Shown piece after piece: positions 10,334-19,873 of a DNA stretch of 64,000 bases (positions are counted from its first letter, which is position 1; every line of letters begins with the position of its first letter). The notes under the pieces were generated by a model, which was not told the DNA's origin, did not search any database, and was given only the letters and a program-made list of their open reading frames with translations. Source of the stretch: Candidatus Woesearchaeota archaeon (GTDB taxonomy: Archaea; Nanobdellota; Nanobdellia; Woesearchaeales; JABGUJ01); the NCBI GenBank assembly GCA_018646625.1, contig JABGUJ010000001.1, forward strand, positions 441,534 to 505,533, in the 5' to 3' direction. A program made the translations under genes and the position numbers.

Positions 10334-11278
10334 TTATATCTCTCGCTCTGTATCCATATTCATCCTATTCCTCGCAAAGTACACCACCGTACCAACACCC
10401 GGCACAAATGATACTAAATCTACTAACATCATCTCTGCAATTCCTGATGTGTCGTTCGCTTCCAGTATTGTATACATTATAGGATACCATATGGTGCCCA
10501 TAATTGCAAATGTATTGGCTGCTGCCGTAAGTTCACTCTTAAGATCTCTTTCTTCTCTAACAACTGCTAATTTTTGTACCATCCTATTCAATGATCCTCC
10601 GATAAAAAAACTCATACCGAATCTCAATAACGCAGTACTCAGTGCAGTATACGCTAAAGTTTCATTATCTGGAACCATCCCCGCATCTATTATCTCATGA
10701 CCTTTGTGAGTAAAGTCAGCCACTCCAGTATATGTGCCATATACCATTCCCCAAAACGTACCCCAACCATAACTTATCACATTCTTAGAATCATTAAACA
10801 TATCCTTAACGCCTTTCCAAGAATTATCGTACTTCTTCGTCATACCTTTAGCGATAGAATTAGGGGAATTTTTCATTATTTTAATGAATTCATCATACTC
10901 TGCTCTAATTTTGTTCCAAAATTCTCCTTTTGTATCATATTTATTTTGTAATTCTCTACCAACATCTGTAAACACCAATTCAATACTTTTCTCAGCACCA
11001 TTTACTCTTCTATAATAATCTCTTGCGCCTCTAAACACATTTGCAACTTTACTACACAAATCAGAAGATCTTTGATACAGGCCATACGCTGCATACCATT
11101 TATTTTCCCACATATATTTTGCAACTTCAACAGTATCTTTTCCTAGTTGAGAAACGCCTTCTAATGAGTCTGGTCTGACTTTGGTAAAATACTTACACAA
11201 ACTAACTCCGTCTCCAACACATGCCAGATCTCCACCTATTCTATCCTCTAAAGTCGTCTCTGTTGTCATAGTTATCAC
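10334..11278 (-). CDS. Hypothetical protein with C-terminal hydrophobic helices
   Basis: 314-aa ORF abutting the upstream gene; no recognised family. Confidence 0.7.
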   Translation of the reverse strand: MITMTTETTLEDRIGGDLACVGDGVSLCKYFTKVRPDSLEGVSQLGKDTVEVAKYMWENKWYAAYGLYQRSSDLCSKVANVFRGARDYYRRVNGAEKSIELVFTDVGRELQNKYDTKGEFWNKIRAEYDEFIKIMKNSPNSIAKGMTKKYDNSWKGVKDMFNDSKNVISYGWGTFWGMVYGTYTGVADFTHKGHEIIDAGMVPDNETLAYTALSTALLRFGMSFFIGGSLNRMVQKLAVVREERDLKSELTAAANTFAIMGTIWYPIMYTILEANDTSGIAEMMLVDLVSFVPGVGTVVYFARNRMNMDTEREI

Positions 11279-12207
11279 TAATTCTGGCTTCCTCTGGCCG
11301 CACCAGATGGAGGGGAAACTAAATTAGAAGAAACAAAGTTTTCAGCCATAGAAAAAATATCTGCGCCATCTTCACCAGGATGTTGCATCAAAGCATATTG
11401 AGTGAGTCTAGTCACTAGTGCTTCTCTTTCTTTGGGGTTATAAACTGTAACGCCTGCATTACGAAAATACTCTCCGGCATATAACTCAGCTATACTTCGC
11501 AGAGGACCATCTACATCATATTTTGGATGACGATCTTTGGTCTTCTTAACTGTCGTATCAACCATATCTGCTTTAGATTTATCTTCGATCTCAGTTATTG
11601 TAGAATCACCTAGCAATGTATTGGCAAAGTAATTCAATAAATGTAATCCTACTGCGGGACTTAACTCACAGCCAAATCCTCCTCTATCTTCTAAACCTCT
11701 AAAGTATGCATCTCTTTTCGCAGCAACATCGTCAGGTATTGCAGAATCATACATAATATCCCAGTTAACTGCGATATGTTCATCATCAATACGATTTCCA
11801 CTCATTATTTGTACAGTAAATCTTCCCGTACCAAAGTCCTCGCCAAATGCTGCTCTAAAATATTTATCTTCCATCCGTCTTTCCAGACTAAAAGCATAGC
11901 CTTTATCATCTTGGAAATTGAATACTAATCCTCCAATTGTGCCGTCTTCATCAAGAACTAAAGGGACCATTGTAGGCATCCCGTTCATCATTCCAGGAAT
12001 TGGTGGCGGACCCATGATTTGTAATTGACCGCCAGGATAGTTTATACCGTCGATTTTAGAAAACTGTTCGAGAAAAATTGAATAAGCGGCTTGAACTGGA
12101 AAAGTTTGACAACAATGAATATTAAATCGTCTAGCATAATCTCTTGCTTTAGTTACTAGATCGTCTATAGTAATATCGTCGCTCATTCCATCTTCTATAA
12201 TTTTCAT
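11278..12207 (-). CDS. Hypothetical protein
   Basis: 309-aa ORF, GGAG RBS upstream. Confidence 0.75.
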   Translation of the reverse strand: MKIIEDGMSDDITIDDLVTKARDYARRFNIHCCQTFPVQAAYSIFLEQFSKIDGINYPGGQLQIMGPPPIPGMMNGMPTMVPLVLDEDGTIGGLVFNFQDDKGYAFSLERRMEDKYFRAAFGEDFGTGRFTVQIMSGNRIDDEHIAVNWDIMYDSAIPDDVAAKRDAYFRGLEDRGGFGCELSPAVGLHLLNYFANTLLGDSTITEIEDKSKADMVDTTVKKTKDRHPKYDVDGPLRSIAELYAGEYFRNAGVTVYNPKEREALVTRLTQYALMQHPGEDGADIFSMAENFVSSNLVSPPSGAARGSQN

Positions 12208-12243
12208 TTTTCAACTCCAAAAAATCAATAAAAAAGAGCAGAA

Positions 12244-12834
12244 TTACTGCTCGTAAAACATATTCAATCCATTCTGCATAAAGCCTAGAGCAGTCGCAGG
12301 GGTTAGTAAAACAACACTAGTTCCTTGCTTAGCAATTGCTTTAGCTTGCTCATCAAGATGTGGTCTGTTCAAATGGAAGTAAACCATACTCTCTAGAACT
12401 GGATCGCCCATAGGATTTTCCTGCTTACTTGTTAAACGAACGCCCGCAGGTTGAGAAGATCCAGCAACTCTAAAATTATTATTAGTCATAATTTTATTTG
12501 CAGTTTCAACTCTTATCTCAAATGCACCATGAGCTGCAGGAGCATCATCACATAAATATGAGATTGAAAGATATTTTTCTCCATCTTTAGCAATTACAAC
12601 ATCAAAACCATGTTTTGCCAAGATTCCTGTCTGATCGGGACCTGCTAATTGGGTGTGCATTACAGTATACTCGCCATCGCCTTTAACTTCTGCAAGTCGC
12701 TTAGCTAAATACTCTGCACCTTCTTCTATCGGAGTTCCTTCACGAACATCCGCATTGATCTTATCAACAACTCCTCTTACACCTGCAAGAAAGTCATCAA
12801 TAGTAACTTCTCCTTTTTGTTCTAATATTTTCAT
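12244..12834 (-). CDS. Hypothetical protein
   Basis: 196-aa ORF, AGGAGG RBS upstream. Confidence 0.75.
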   Translation of the reverse strand: MKILEQKGEVTIDDFLAGVRGVVDKINADVREGTPIEEGAEYLAKRLAEVKGDGEYTVMHTQLAGPDQTGILAKHGFDVVIAKDGEKYLSISYLCDDAPAAHGAFEIRVETANKIMTNNNFRVAGSSQPAGVRLTSKQENPMGDPVLESMVYFHLNRPHLDEQAKAIAKQGTSVVLLTPATALGFMQNGLNMFYEQ

Positions 12835-12935
12835 TTTCTATTTTCCTCCTAATGAATATAAAATCAGCAAGGGGTGAAAGCTTTAACGGAGGTCTTAGCC
12901 GTAGAATCCTCGTTGTCCCCTCGCTGATAATTTGA

Positions 12936-13298
12936 TCATGGATATTTATTCTTCCTCGCGGTATCTAAAACAACATCAAGGCTGCATAAGCCATCTCCGA
13001 AATCATTAACTGCTGCATCAACACCTGCAATTTGTTGAGTTCGCAAATCAAGTTGATCTTTTATTGCCGTAACTCGCTCACCACCTAACTTTTCAAGTGC
13101 TGCTGCATCGACTACGAGATCAAAAACTGAACTCGCCATACCATGTCCTGGAAGACCACTCATTCGCTCAATATATTTAGCAACCGCATCCGGGTCTTCA
13201 CCAACAAACGTATCTTTTTTTGCGGGATAACCAACAGATCCTCGACTAACTTTGTATTGCCCATCTTCCTCTAATTCTATGTAAAAATTAAATGTCAT
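12936..13298 (-). CDS. Hypothetical protein
   Basis: 120-aa ORF, GGTGGAG RBS upstream. Confidence 0.7.
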   Translation of the reverse strand: MTFNFYIELEEDGQYKVSRGSVGYPAKKDTFVGEDPDAVAKYIERMSGLPGHGMASSVFDLVVDAAALEKLGGERVTAIKDQLDLRTQQIAGVDAAVNDFGDGLCSLDVVLDTARKNKYP

Positions 13299-13320
13299 TT
13301 CTATTCTCCACCAATCACCT

Positions 13321-13351
13321 GTAAAAAAGAAATTTTAAAAAAAGAAAAAAA
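13321..13351 (-). terminator. Oligo-T tracts after livK
   Basis: Minus strand reads several T5-T7 runs immediately after the stop codon. Confidence 0.5.
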
Positions 13352-15493
13352 TTAAGCAAGAGTAATTATCTCGCCGTTTTTCTTGACTTTAATTACTGCA
13401 TCACTTTGCACAATTCCGTCAGAATCTACATAGATATCTCCTAAGTTTCCTTTAAACTTAAATGTGGAAAGTTCGTCGACAAATGCTTCTTTGTCCTTAC
13501 CAACTTTCTCGAAGATATCTATTAAGATCAAACCCCAATCATATGCGTTTGGTGAACCTAATACAGGCTCTTTACCATACTTAGCTTCGTAAGCTTTTCT
13601 ATAATCTGGAGTTCCATCGGAACCTGTTGCAAACCAAAGACCTTCGAACACGTCGTTAGGATCTTCTTCGAGCTCAAAAGTTTCAACACCTGTGATCTCT
13701 GCATCCCAACCTGCTTCTCTTATTTGGTTAACAAGCAAAGCCGTATGTCCTGGCAGAGTCATGATAAAAACAGTATCTGCTTCTGCGCCTTTTGCTTTCA
13801 GAATCATAGTTCTAAAATCTTTTTCTTCTGGTTCTACAACAAAATCTTTGATGATGAATCCAGGATTTCTATCTATGATTGCGTCTCTGATTGCGAATGC
13901 GCCTTGCTGATTTTCAGTAAAAGCAACAGCACTAGTTAGTCCTTCTTTTTTGGCTTTAGCAAGATAAGCTTCCGCTTCTGCATCGGGAGTTACCCAATGA
14001 GTAAAGGAATAACGACGATTCTTTACAATATCTGCATCACTTGCAATGTGCAAGATTGGCATTTTATTTTGCTCGCCAAGATCTGCGATTGCATGACCAG
14101 AACCTGAACTAATAGTTATTACGATATCTACATTATCAACACTTGTCAACTTGTGATATGCACTAACCGTTTTAGCTCTTTCAAGTCTGTCATCTTCTGC
14201 GATTAAAACATACTTGTTTCCAGTTTTAGCAGAAAGTTGATCAAACGCTAACTGTAGTGAGTTAACCATTCCTACTCCTAAGAATGCAGCATCTCCTGAT
14301 AGTGGTGCGATGGCTCCAACTTTGATAGTTTCGCCACTCATTGCTGCCTTTTTAGTTTCTGCTTGGCCTTCCAAACGAACAAACTCGCCATTTTCAATTT
14401 TATTCAAAGCAAATGGTTTGTCTATATCTCCGTTAGAATCGAAAGTTATTGTTCCTGAAGCGCCTCTGTAGTTTTGACCAACAACATGCAAACCGTTTTT
14501 AATTTGCTCGCCACTAGTTCCTACTAACTTCATAGATTCTACAATAAGTTTCAGTGCATCGTATGCATTATCTGCAACAATTCCTGGTTCTCTGTCAAAC
14601 TTATTTTCATAAGCAGTTGCGAAACTTGAACTTGTTTCAACCAAAGGACGAGTGTATGCAACACCTTCTACAGAATCTCCTGCAATCTCGATAACTGATG
14701 GATCTTCAAAAATCTCTGGACCGAATACTGGAACATTCCAACCCATTTCTCTAGCTTGTTTAACACCGTGAGCGGCATCTACAGGATAACCTGGGAAAAA
14801 CAAAGCATCTGGATTAGTTGCTTTAAGCTTTGATAACTCTGATCTTTGATCAGTTGCATCTTGCTCATGTGATTCAACACCAACAATTTTTCCGCCTAGT
14901 GCTTCGAATGAATTAGTAAATGCATCCTTTACACCGACACCATAATCATTGTTTACATAAGAAATTGCAACAGTTCTATAACTTGCAGTTTTGTATGCAT
15001 AGTCTGCCAACTTTACACCTTGAAGTGCATCTGATGGCCAATCTCTAAATACATACTCTCCTGCTTCACTAACTCTTGGGTTAGATGAACCTGGACTCAG
15101 CAGAACAACTTTACTAACTTCTGCCATAGGTGCAATAGCTAAAGTACATGAACTTGCAATTGCTCCAACAATGGCTTGAACTTTGTCAACATTGACTAAT
15201 TTGTTCATGGCATTAGTTGCTTCTTTAGGCTCTGCCTTAGAATCTTCAAATATTAATTCGATAGGTCTTCCGTGTACGCCACCTTCTGCATTAATTTCTT
15301 CAGCAGCTAACAAAACACCTTCTCTTGCATTAGTGCCCCACATTGAGGCTCCACCTGTAAGTGGACCAATGAATCCAATTTTAATTGCATCCATTTTCTT
15401 TGATTTAACAACCTCTCCAGTTGGGCTTGAACCACAACCAACAAGACTGATAACTAAAAGCATAACAAGCAACACGCTACATAGCTTTTTCAT
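13352..15493 (-). CDS. livK: Branched-chain amino acid ABC substrate-binding lipoprotein with two tandem binding domains
   Basis: Lipobox SLVGC; IKIGFIGPLTG domain followed by a second IKVGAIAPLSG domain. Confidence 0.88.
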   Translation of the reverse strand: MKKLCSVLLVMLLVISLVGCGSSPTGEVVKSKKMDAIKIGFIGPLTGGASMWGTNAREGVLLAAEEINAEGGVHGRPIELIFEDSKAEPKEATNAMNKLVNVDKVQAIVGAIASSCTLAIAPMAEVSKVVLLSPGSSNPRVSEAGEYVFRDWPSDALQGVKLADYAYKTASYRTVAISYVNNDYGVGVKDAFTNSFEALGGKIVGVESHEQDATDQRSELSKLKATNPDALFFPGYPVDAAHGVKQAREMGWNVPVFGPEIFEDPSVIEIAGDSVEGVAYTRPLVETSSSFATAYENKFDREPGIVADNAYDALKLIVESMKLVGTSGEQIKNGLHVVGQNYRGASGTITFDSNGDIDKPFALNKIENGEFVRLEGQAETKKAAMSGETIKVGAIAPLSGDAAFLGVGMVNSLQLAFDQLSAKTGNKYVLIAEDDRLERAKTVSAYHKLTSVDNVDIVITISSGSGHAIADLGEQNKMPILHIASDADIVKNRRYSFTHWVTPDAEAEAYLAKAKKEGLTSAVAFTENQQGAFAIRDAIIDRNPGFIIKDFVVEPEEKDFRTMILKAKGAEADTVFIMTLPGHTALLVNQIREAGWDAEITGVETFELEEDPNDVFEGLWFATGSDGTPDYRKAYEAKYGKEPVLGSPNAYDWGLILIDIFEKVGKDKEAFVDELSTFKFKGNLGDIYVDSDGIVQSDAVIKVKKNGEIITLA

Positions 15494-15570
15494 TTTAAAC
15501 TAACCTCCGTAAGTTTAACCAAACCACCCCTGGTTTAGTCACTTCGAGGTAGGGAATCTGAAAAAGCCTA

Positions 15571-15640
15571 TTTATAAATTCTTATTATAATTTATATATA
15601 TCTTTATAATTATAAATATTTACAAAAGTTTTAAATATTA
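15571..15640. promoter_or_regulatory. Divergent promoter region between livK and the regulator, with an AT palindrome
   Basis: TTTATAAA 15571-15578, palindrome TTTATAATTATAAA 15603-15616, AAAAGTTTTAAATA ahead of the + strand gene. Confidence 0.5.
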
Positions 15641-15681
15641 AGACATTTCGTAAGCTATAGGGGTTGTTATACTAGAATACG

Positions 15682-16593
15682 ATGAAAAGAAGAGTTGTAG
15701 AACAAGGTGGATTAACACTTATGGTCAGTTTACCTAGAAAATGGGCTAAAAAACACAATCTCAAAAAAGGCGATGAAATAGACCTCAAAGAAGAAGAAGA
15801 AAAAATTGTCATATATGCTGAAGAAAAAGAATCTCCAGTTATGAAGGCAACATTAAACATAACTGACCTAAGACCTATGACTTTCAATTATTGTTTACTT
15901 GGTCTTTACGTTAAAGGTGTAGATGAAATTGAAGTAAGATCTGATGATCTAGACAAATTAAATAAACTTGATTTTCCTGTTAATCAATTAATTGGATACG
16001 AGATCGTTTCTCAAAACCAAAGTTCTGTTCTAATAAAAGATGTATCCACTCTTGCCGAAGGTGAGTTTGATATTATGTTGCGCAGATCATTTCTTATCAT
16101 AACTCAAATGGCTGAAGGACTGTTAGAACTCATGAAAAATAAAGAATGCAATACATCCAGAATCGAACAAATGGATCTAAGCGTAAACAAATTCATGTTT
16201 CTTTGTATGAGGATTGTTCACAAGCTGGGTTGTTCTGAAGAAAGCAAATCAAAAGTATTGTTTTACACTTTACTAACTCTAGAACAACTATCTGATAACT
16301 TAGATGATTTGGCGCAGTACATTAGAGAGAACAAAGTACTATTTCATAAAAAAGCAATTGATTTGTTTGGAATTATTACTGATTTACTTAATCAATATCA
16401 AAAACTATTCTACAAATTTGATCTTCTTAAGTCTGCGGACGTTGAGAATTCTTATAGAGAACTAAAAACCGATTTTGATAAGTATATGGACAAAATTGAA
16501 GACAAAAAACAACTACGCTGTTTAATGTACATGCATACAATTGCCGACCAAATAGTGGAGCTTATTAGAAATCAAAGAATTACAGAACTATAA
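15682..16593 (+). CDS. AbrB/MazE-type N-domain plus PhoU-like transcriptional regulator
   Basis: TLMVSLPRKWAKKHNLKKGDE N-terminus followed by PhoU-like helical repeats. Confidence 0.8.
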   Translation: MKRRVVEQGGLTLMVSLPRKWAKKHNLKKGDEIDLKEEEEKIVIYAEEKESPVMKATLNITDLRPMTFNYCLLGLYVKGVDEIEVRSDDLDKLNKLDFPVNQLIGYEIVSQNQSSVLIKDVSTLAEGEFDIMLRRSFLIITQMAEGLLELMKNKECNTSRIEQMDLSVNKFMFLCMRIVHKLGCSEESKSKVLFYTLLTLEQLSDNLDDLAQYIRENKVLFHKKAIDLFGIITDLLNQYQKLFYKFDLLKSADVENSYRELKTDFDKYMDKIEDKKQLRCLMYMHTIADQIVELIRNQRITEL

Positions 16594-19500
16594 TTATTCT
16601 CTCTGCTTAACTTCGTATTTGCAGACAGCATTAATTATCTTCAAAGACACTCTACCAACATCTGTGTTAGATAAAAATTCACCAGGATTAACGCCTCCGG
16701 CTTTAGCTAAAGAAACGGCTTGTTCATAATAATGTCCGCCTGACAAGTATCTAACCAATGCATTATACAATCCAGTTCTAGAAACATCAAGATCTCTATA
16801 ACTAACACTTTCATCCGCACAATGATTTAGATCCATGCCTGCGGTTGGATTCAAAGGATTAATACCTTCATCTTCTAACATACGAACTAACTTAGTAAGA
16901 GGACGCTGCGTTCTATCTTGAGTTGTTAGTTCTTCTTCTGATGGATGCGTTCTATCTATTCTCAGATCTGGATCTAAAACAACAAAATCTCCAAACTTCG
17001 GAATCGACTCCGCGGATAGTTCGCCATGACTCATCAATCTTTCATAGCACCCTTGTAAGTTTGGAACAGCCTCTCCTTGTGCATGATAAATTCTTCCAAT
17101 TCTTAGATCTGGATCCAAAACAGCAAAACCTTCAAAACCTTCAATCGCAATTTCATTCATTTCACCATGACTCATATGCATTCTATATCCTTCGAAAGGA
17201 TTATGTCTTTCGTTCTGATCAATAATCGCTTTGACTAATTCGGAATGAACTAAACCTTCTGCCGCTTTAACATATGCATCTCTGGTTACTCCAGGCTTAA
17301 CAACTTGTTCCCCTCTTGAAAGACCAAGATGCCAGAATCCTCTTTCTCGTCCAAGCTCTCTATAGCGTTGTCTAGTTTGTACAGTGTAATCATCATCAAC
17401 TTTCATTCCCAATATAATTCTATCCTGATCAGATAATTGATTAATTTGTCTAAGATGAATTGCAGTAGGATCAGATTTTGCAATGGCTTCAATTGCATCT
17501 AGCTGTCTAGTTCTCCAGCTTCTACCATCTTCCATAGGCAGTAATGCCCAATTATCTGGATTTATCTGGGATGCAATAGATGCTGCTACAGTTTGAGGAA
17601 GATAAGGTGCATATCCCTCACCAGGGTTGGGATTCCAAAAGTACTTTTCTCCTGATAATTCCCAAAGCAATTGTACGACTTCTAAACCTTCACCAATGGT
17701 GCGGCCCATTCGATATACAACAATTGCGTTTTGAGGTGAAGTGCACGCATTGTAAACTCTTTGTCTTTGAGGCTCAGAAAACTGACCGGCATTTGTATCG
17801 TCTCTTTTTGTTTTGCAAACCTTAGCCAGGGCTGCCTCAACGTTTTCCATTCGATCATGATCGATATCAACTCGCCAAACACTTGTTGGATCAAAAGTTT
17901 CATAATGTCCTGATAATTGTTCAACAATTTCATCCTGCCTTAATTGATCATATTCTCTGCTTCCTAAGAATGCGACAGCACCAAGTAACGTCAAACCTGC
18001 GAGCGCAATTCCTGTGTTTACTAGCCAACTTTTCCGCCTTTTCTTACGATCCTTTTCCGCCATTTTATAGATCATATCTTCTAACTGGGATTCAGGATCG
18101 AACATATCTTCAGGATCGAAGAAACTAACAGTAGAGTGATGAGGGTGAAGTTCTGCATGAATCCTCATCATCTTATCTTTATCTTTCGCAAGATCGTACG
18201 GAGTTCCAAAAATTTTATTAGTATATTCTAAAGCGTTACATGTTTTCCAATCTTCAAACATTCCTAGTTTTTTCATCTCTTCAACTGCAAGAGTATAGTA
18301 ATAACGAGACATCTCCATAGATTGTGCTTCATTTCTAAGAGCCACAACTTTTGGTAACTGGTGATACCGTGTTGCCCAAGCCATATAATTCTCAACTTTC
18401 AACCTTGCATATGTATCTCTAAATGAATCATAATCTTCTTCTTTAATCTTCAAACCAGCATCTCTAGCAAATATGCCTAGCCTAGAATGATCAACTTCCA
18501 ATAACGCATCTTCGATACTTCCACCAGATGCACCAGCATAAGAACTACCGTCCCAATCAAAAATTCCCGCCTTGGCATAAAGTTGAACAAATTGATTTTG
18601 AATATAATCTCTTCCTGCAAATTCCATATCGACCAAACTATATTTTCTATCCGTTCCATGTTTGGCTTCCAAGTTCTTATCATGTTGAACCATTACATTT
18701 GTAGGTAATGCATCACCATGAGAAAATATTAAAGGAGATTTGTCCATTGGTCTAACAACATTCTCCATCCAAAAATCATGAAAAGTTTTAACATCTACAT
18801 ATCTCTTAGCAACTTCGGGGAGTTTAGTCTCAAAATCAGGAGATGACATATGGTGGCGCAACAAACCAAGATCAAACTGTCCTGATTCTCCTCTGAATCT
18901 ATCGTCAACCAAACCATACAATTTTTCAACAATGTGTTGTTCGTGATCTTTATCGCCAAGCCAACTTCTTCGCATTGCTCCAGAAGTGCATCTGCTTTTG
19001 TTAGCTTCTCCATAAATGCTAACTCCCAACAAAAGATCGCTTACTTCTCTAACATATTCTGCTCTTTCTCCAGGATTTGCAATTTCTGTAAGTTCGTCAT
19101 GCAAATCTTTTGCATCCACAAAACTAGTTGCAAGAATTAGGTCTTTTGTTGCTGCTCTAACATGCACAGGATCAAAACGTGCAAATGCGCTTGCCAAAAT
19201 AGGATTGTCTGCGCCCTTAGATGGATCTAACGCAGCTTGCTGTAAATACGTTAAATATTCGCTCGCCTTGTATGCTCTATCAAACTTTTTCTGGTCTGCA
19301 AATTTTGAAACAAAAGTTCTAGCAAGAGTATCGCGATCAAGAGCAGAAACAACTTCTGCGAGCCAACCTTGACCGCGTACAGTTTTGCTAGTTAATTTGT
19401 CCAGTTTGAACCATGAGAATGTAGGAATTTCTTCGGGCTTATCCGCGTGTAGCGCAATCAAAGCGCCAGGAATCTTACCCCCTCTTACCAAATCTTGTAA

Positions 19501-19782
19501 ACTGCCAACTATGTGCTTTCTATAAAATTGATCATAATCTAAAGAATAACCACTCTGACCCATAATAACTCGTAGAACTTGTCTTTCTGCAACTGTCTTA
19601 ATTTCACTAGGATCTCTACTTTCGAAGGCTCTTCTGTCTGCCTCACTCAGTAATTTTCTTTCAGAATAAGATGCACCTATACGTTCCTCTAAGGGTGTGC
19701 TTTTTACTATAGTTATTGCTGGTGTTGAACTGGACATTTTAAACGAAATTGGCTCCTTCGTTAAGCTTTCACGATATTTCAC
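16594..19782 (-). CDS. Large membrane protein with an APH/choline-kinase-like domain (probable start ATG 19737)
   Basis: HGDALPTN and LVDMEFAG motifs, one TM helix, C-terminal 47-aa repeat. Confidence 0.6.
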   Translation of the reverse strand: MKYRESLTKEPISFKMSSSTPAITIVKSTPLEERIGASYSERKLLSEADRRAFESRDPSEIKTVAERQVLRVIMGQSGYSLDYDQFYRKHIVGSLQDLVRGGKIPGALIALHADKPEEIPTFSWFKLDKLTSKTVRGQGWLAEVVSALDRDTLARTFVSKFADQKKFDRAYKASEYLTYLQQAALDPSKGADNPILASAFARFDPVHVRAATKDLILATSFVDAKDLHDELTEIANPGERAEYVREVSDLLLGVSIYGEANKSRCTSGAMRRSWLGDKDHEQHIVEKLYGLVDDRFRGESGQFDLGLLRHHMSSPDFETKLPEVAKRYVDVKTFHDFWMENVVRPMDKSPLIFSHGDALPTNVMVQHDKNLEAKHGTDRKYSLVDMEFAGRDYIQNQFVQLYAKAGIFDWDGSSYAGASGGSIEDALLEVDHSRLGIFARDAGLKIKEEDYDSFRDTYARLKVENYMAWATRYHQLPKVVALRNEAQSMEMSRYYYTLAVEEMKKLGMFEDWKTCNALEYTNKIFGTPYDLAKDKDKMMRIHAELHPHHSTVSFFDPEDMFDPESQLEDMIYKMAEKDRKKRRKSWLVNTGIALAGLTLLGAVAFLGSREYDQLRQDEIVEQLSGHYETFDPTSVWRVDIDHDRMENVEAALAKVCKTKRDDTNAGQFSEPQRQRVYNACTSPQNAIVVYRMGRTIGEGLEVVQLLWELSGEKYFWNPNPGEGYAPYLPQTVAASIASQINPDNWALLPMEDGRSWRTRQLDAIEAIAKSDPTAIHLRQINQLSDQDRIILGMKVDDDYTVQTRQRYRELGRERGFWHLGLSRGEQVVKPGVTRDAYVKAAEGLVHSELVKAIIDQNERHNPFEGYRMHMSHGEMNEIAIEGFEGFAVLDPDLRIGRIYHAQGEAVPNLQGCYERLMSHGELSAESIPKFGDFVVLDPDLRIDRTHPSEEELTTQDRTQRPLTKLVRMLEDEGINPLNPTAGMDLNHCADESVSYRDLDVSRTGLYNALVRYLSGGHYYEQAVSLAKAGGVNPGEFLSNTDVGRVSLKIINAVCKYEVKQRE
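16940..17175 (-). repeat. Intragenic tandem repeat, 141-bp/47-aa period
   Basis: MSHGE...F.VLDPDLRI.R occurs twice; DNA copies are offset by 141 bp (e.g. 17020 and 17161). Confidence 0.85.
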
Positions 19783-19873
19783 CCTCTCACACTATATAAA
19801 TCTTTCTTTTTTCGCCACTGTGCGGTAGTAATATATACAAATATTTAAATAGGAGTCTCCGCTACCTTAATTC

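Noticed and set aside
10334..13298. Mobile element or provirus as the source of the orphan cassette
   Set aside because: No integrase, transposase, terminal repeats or target duplication visible
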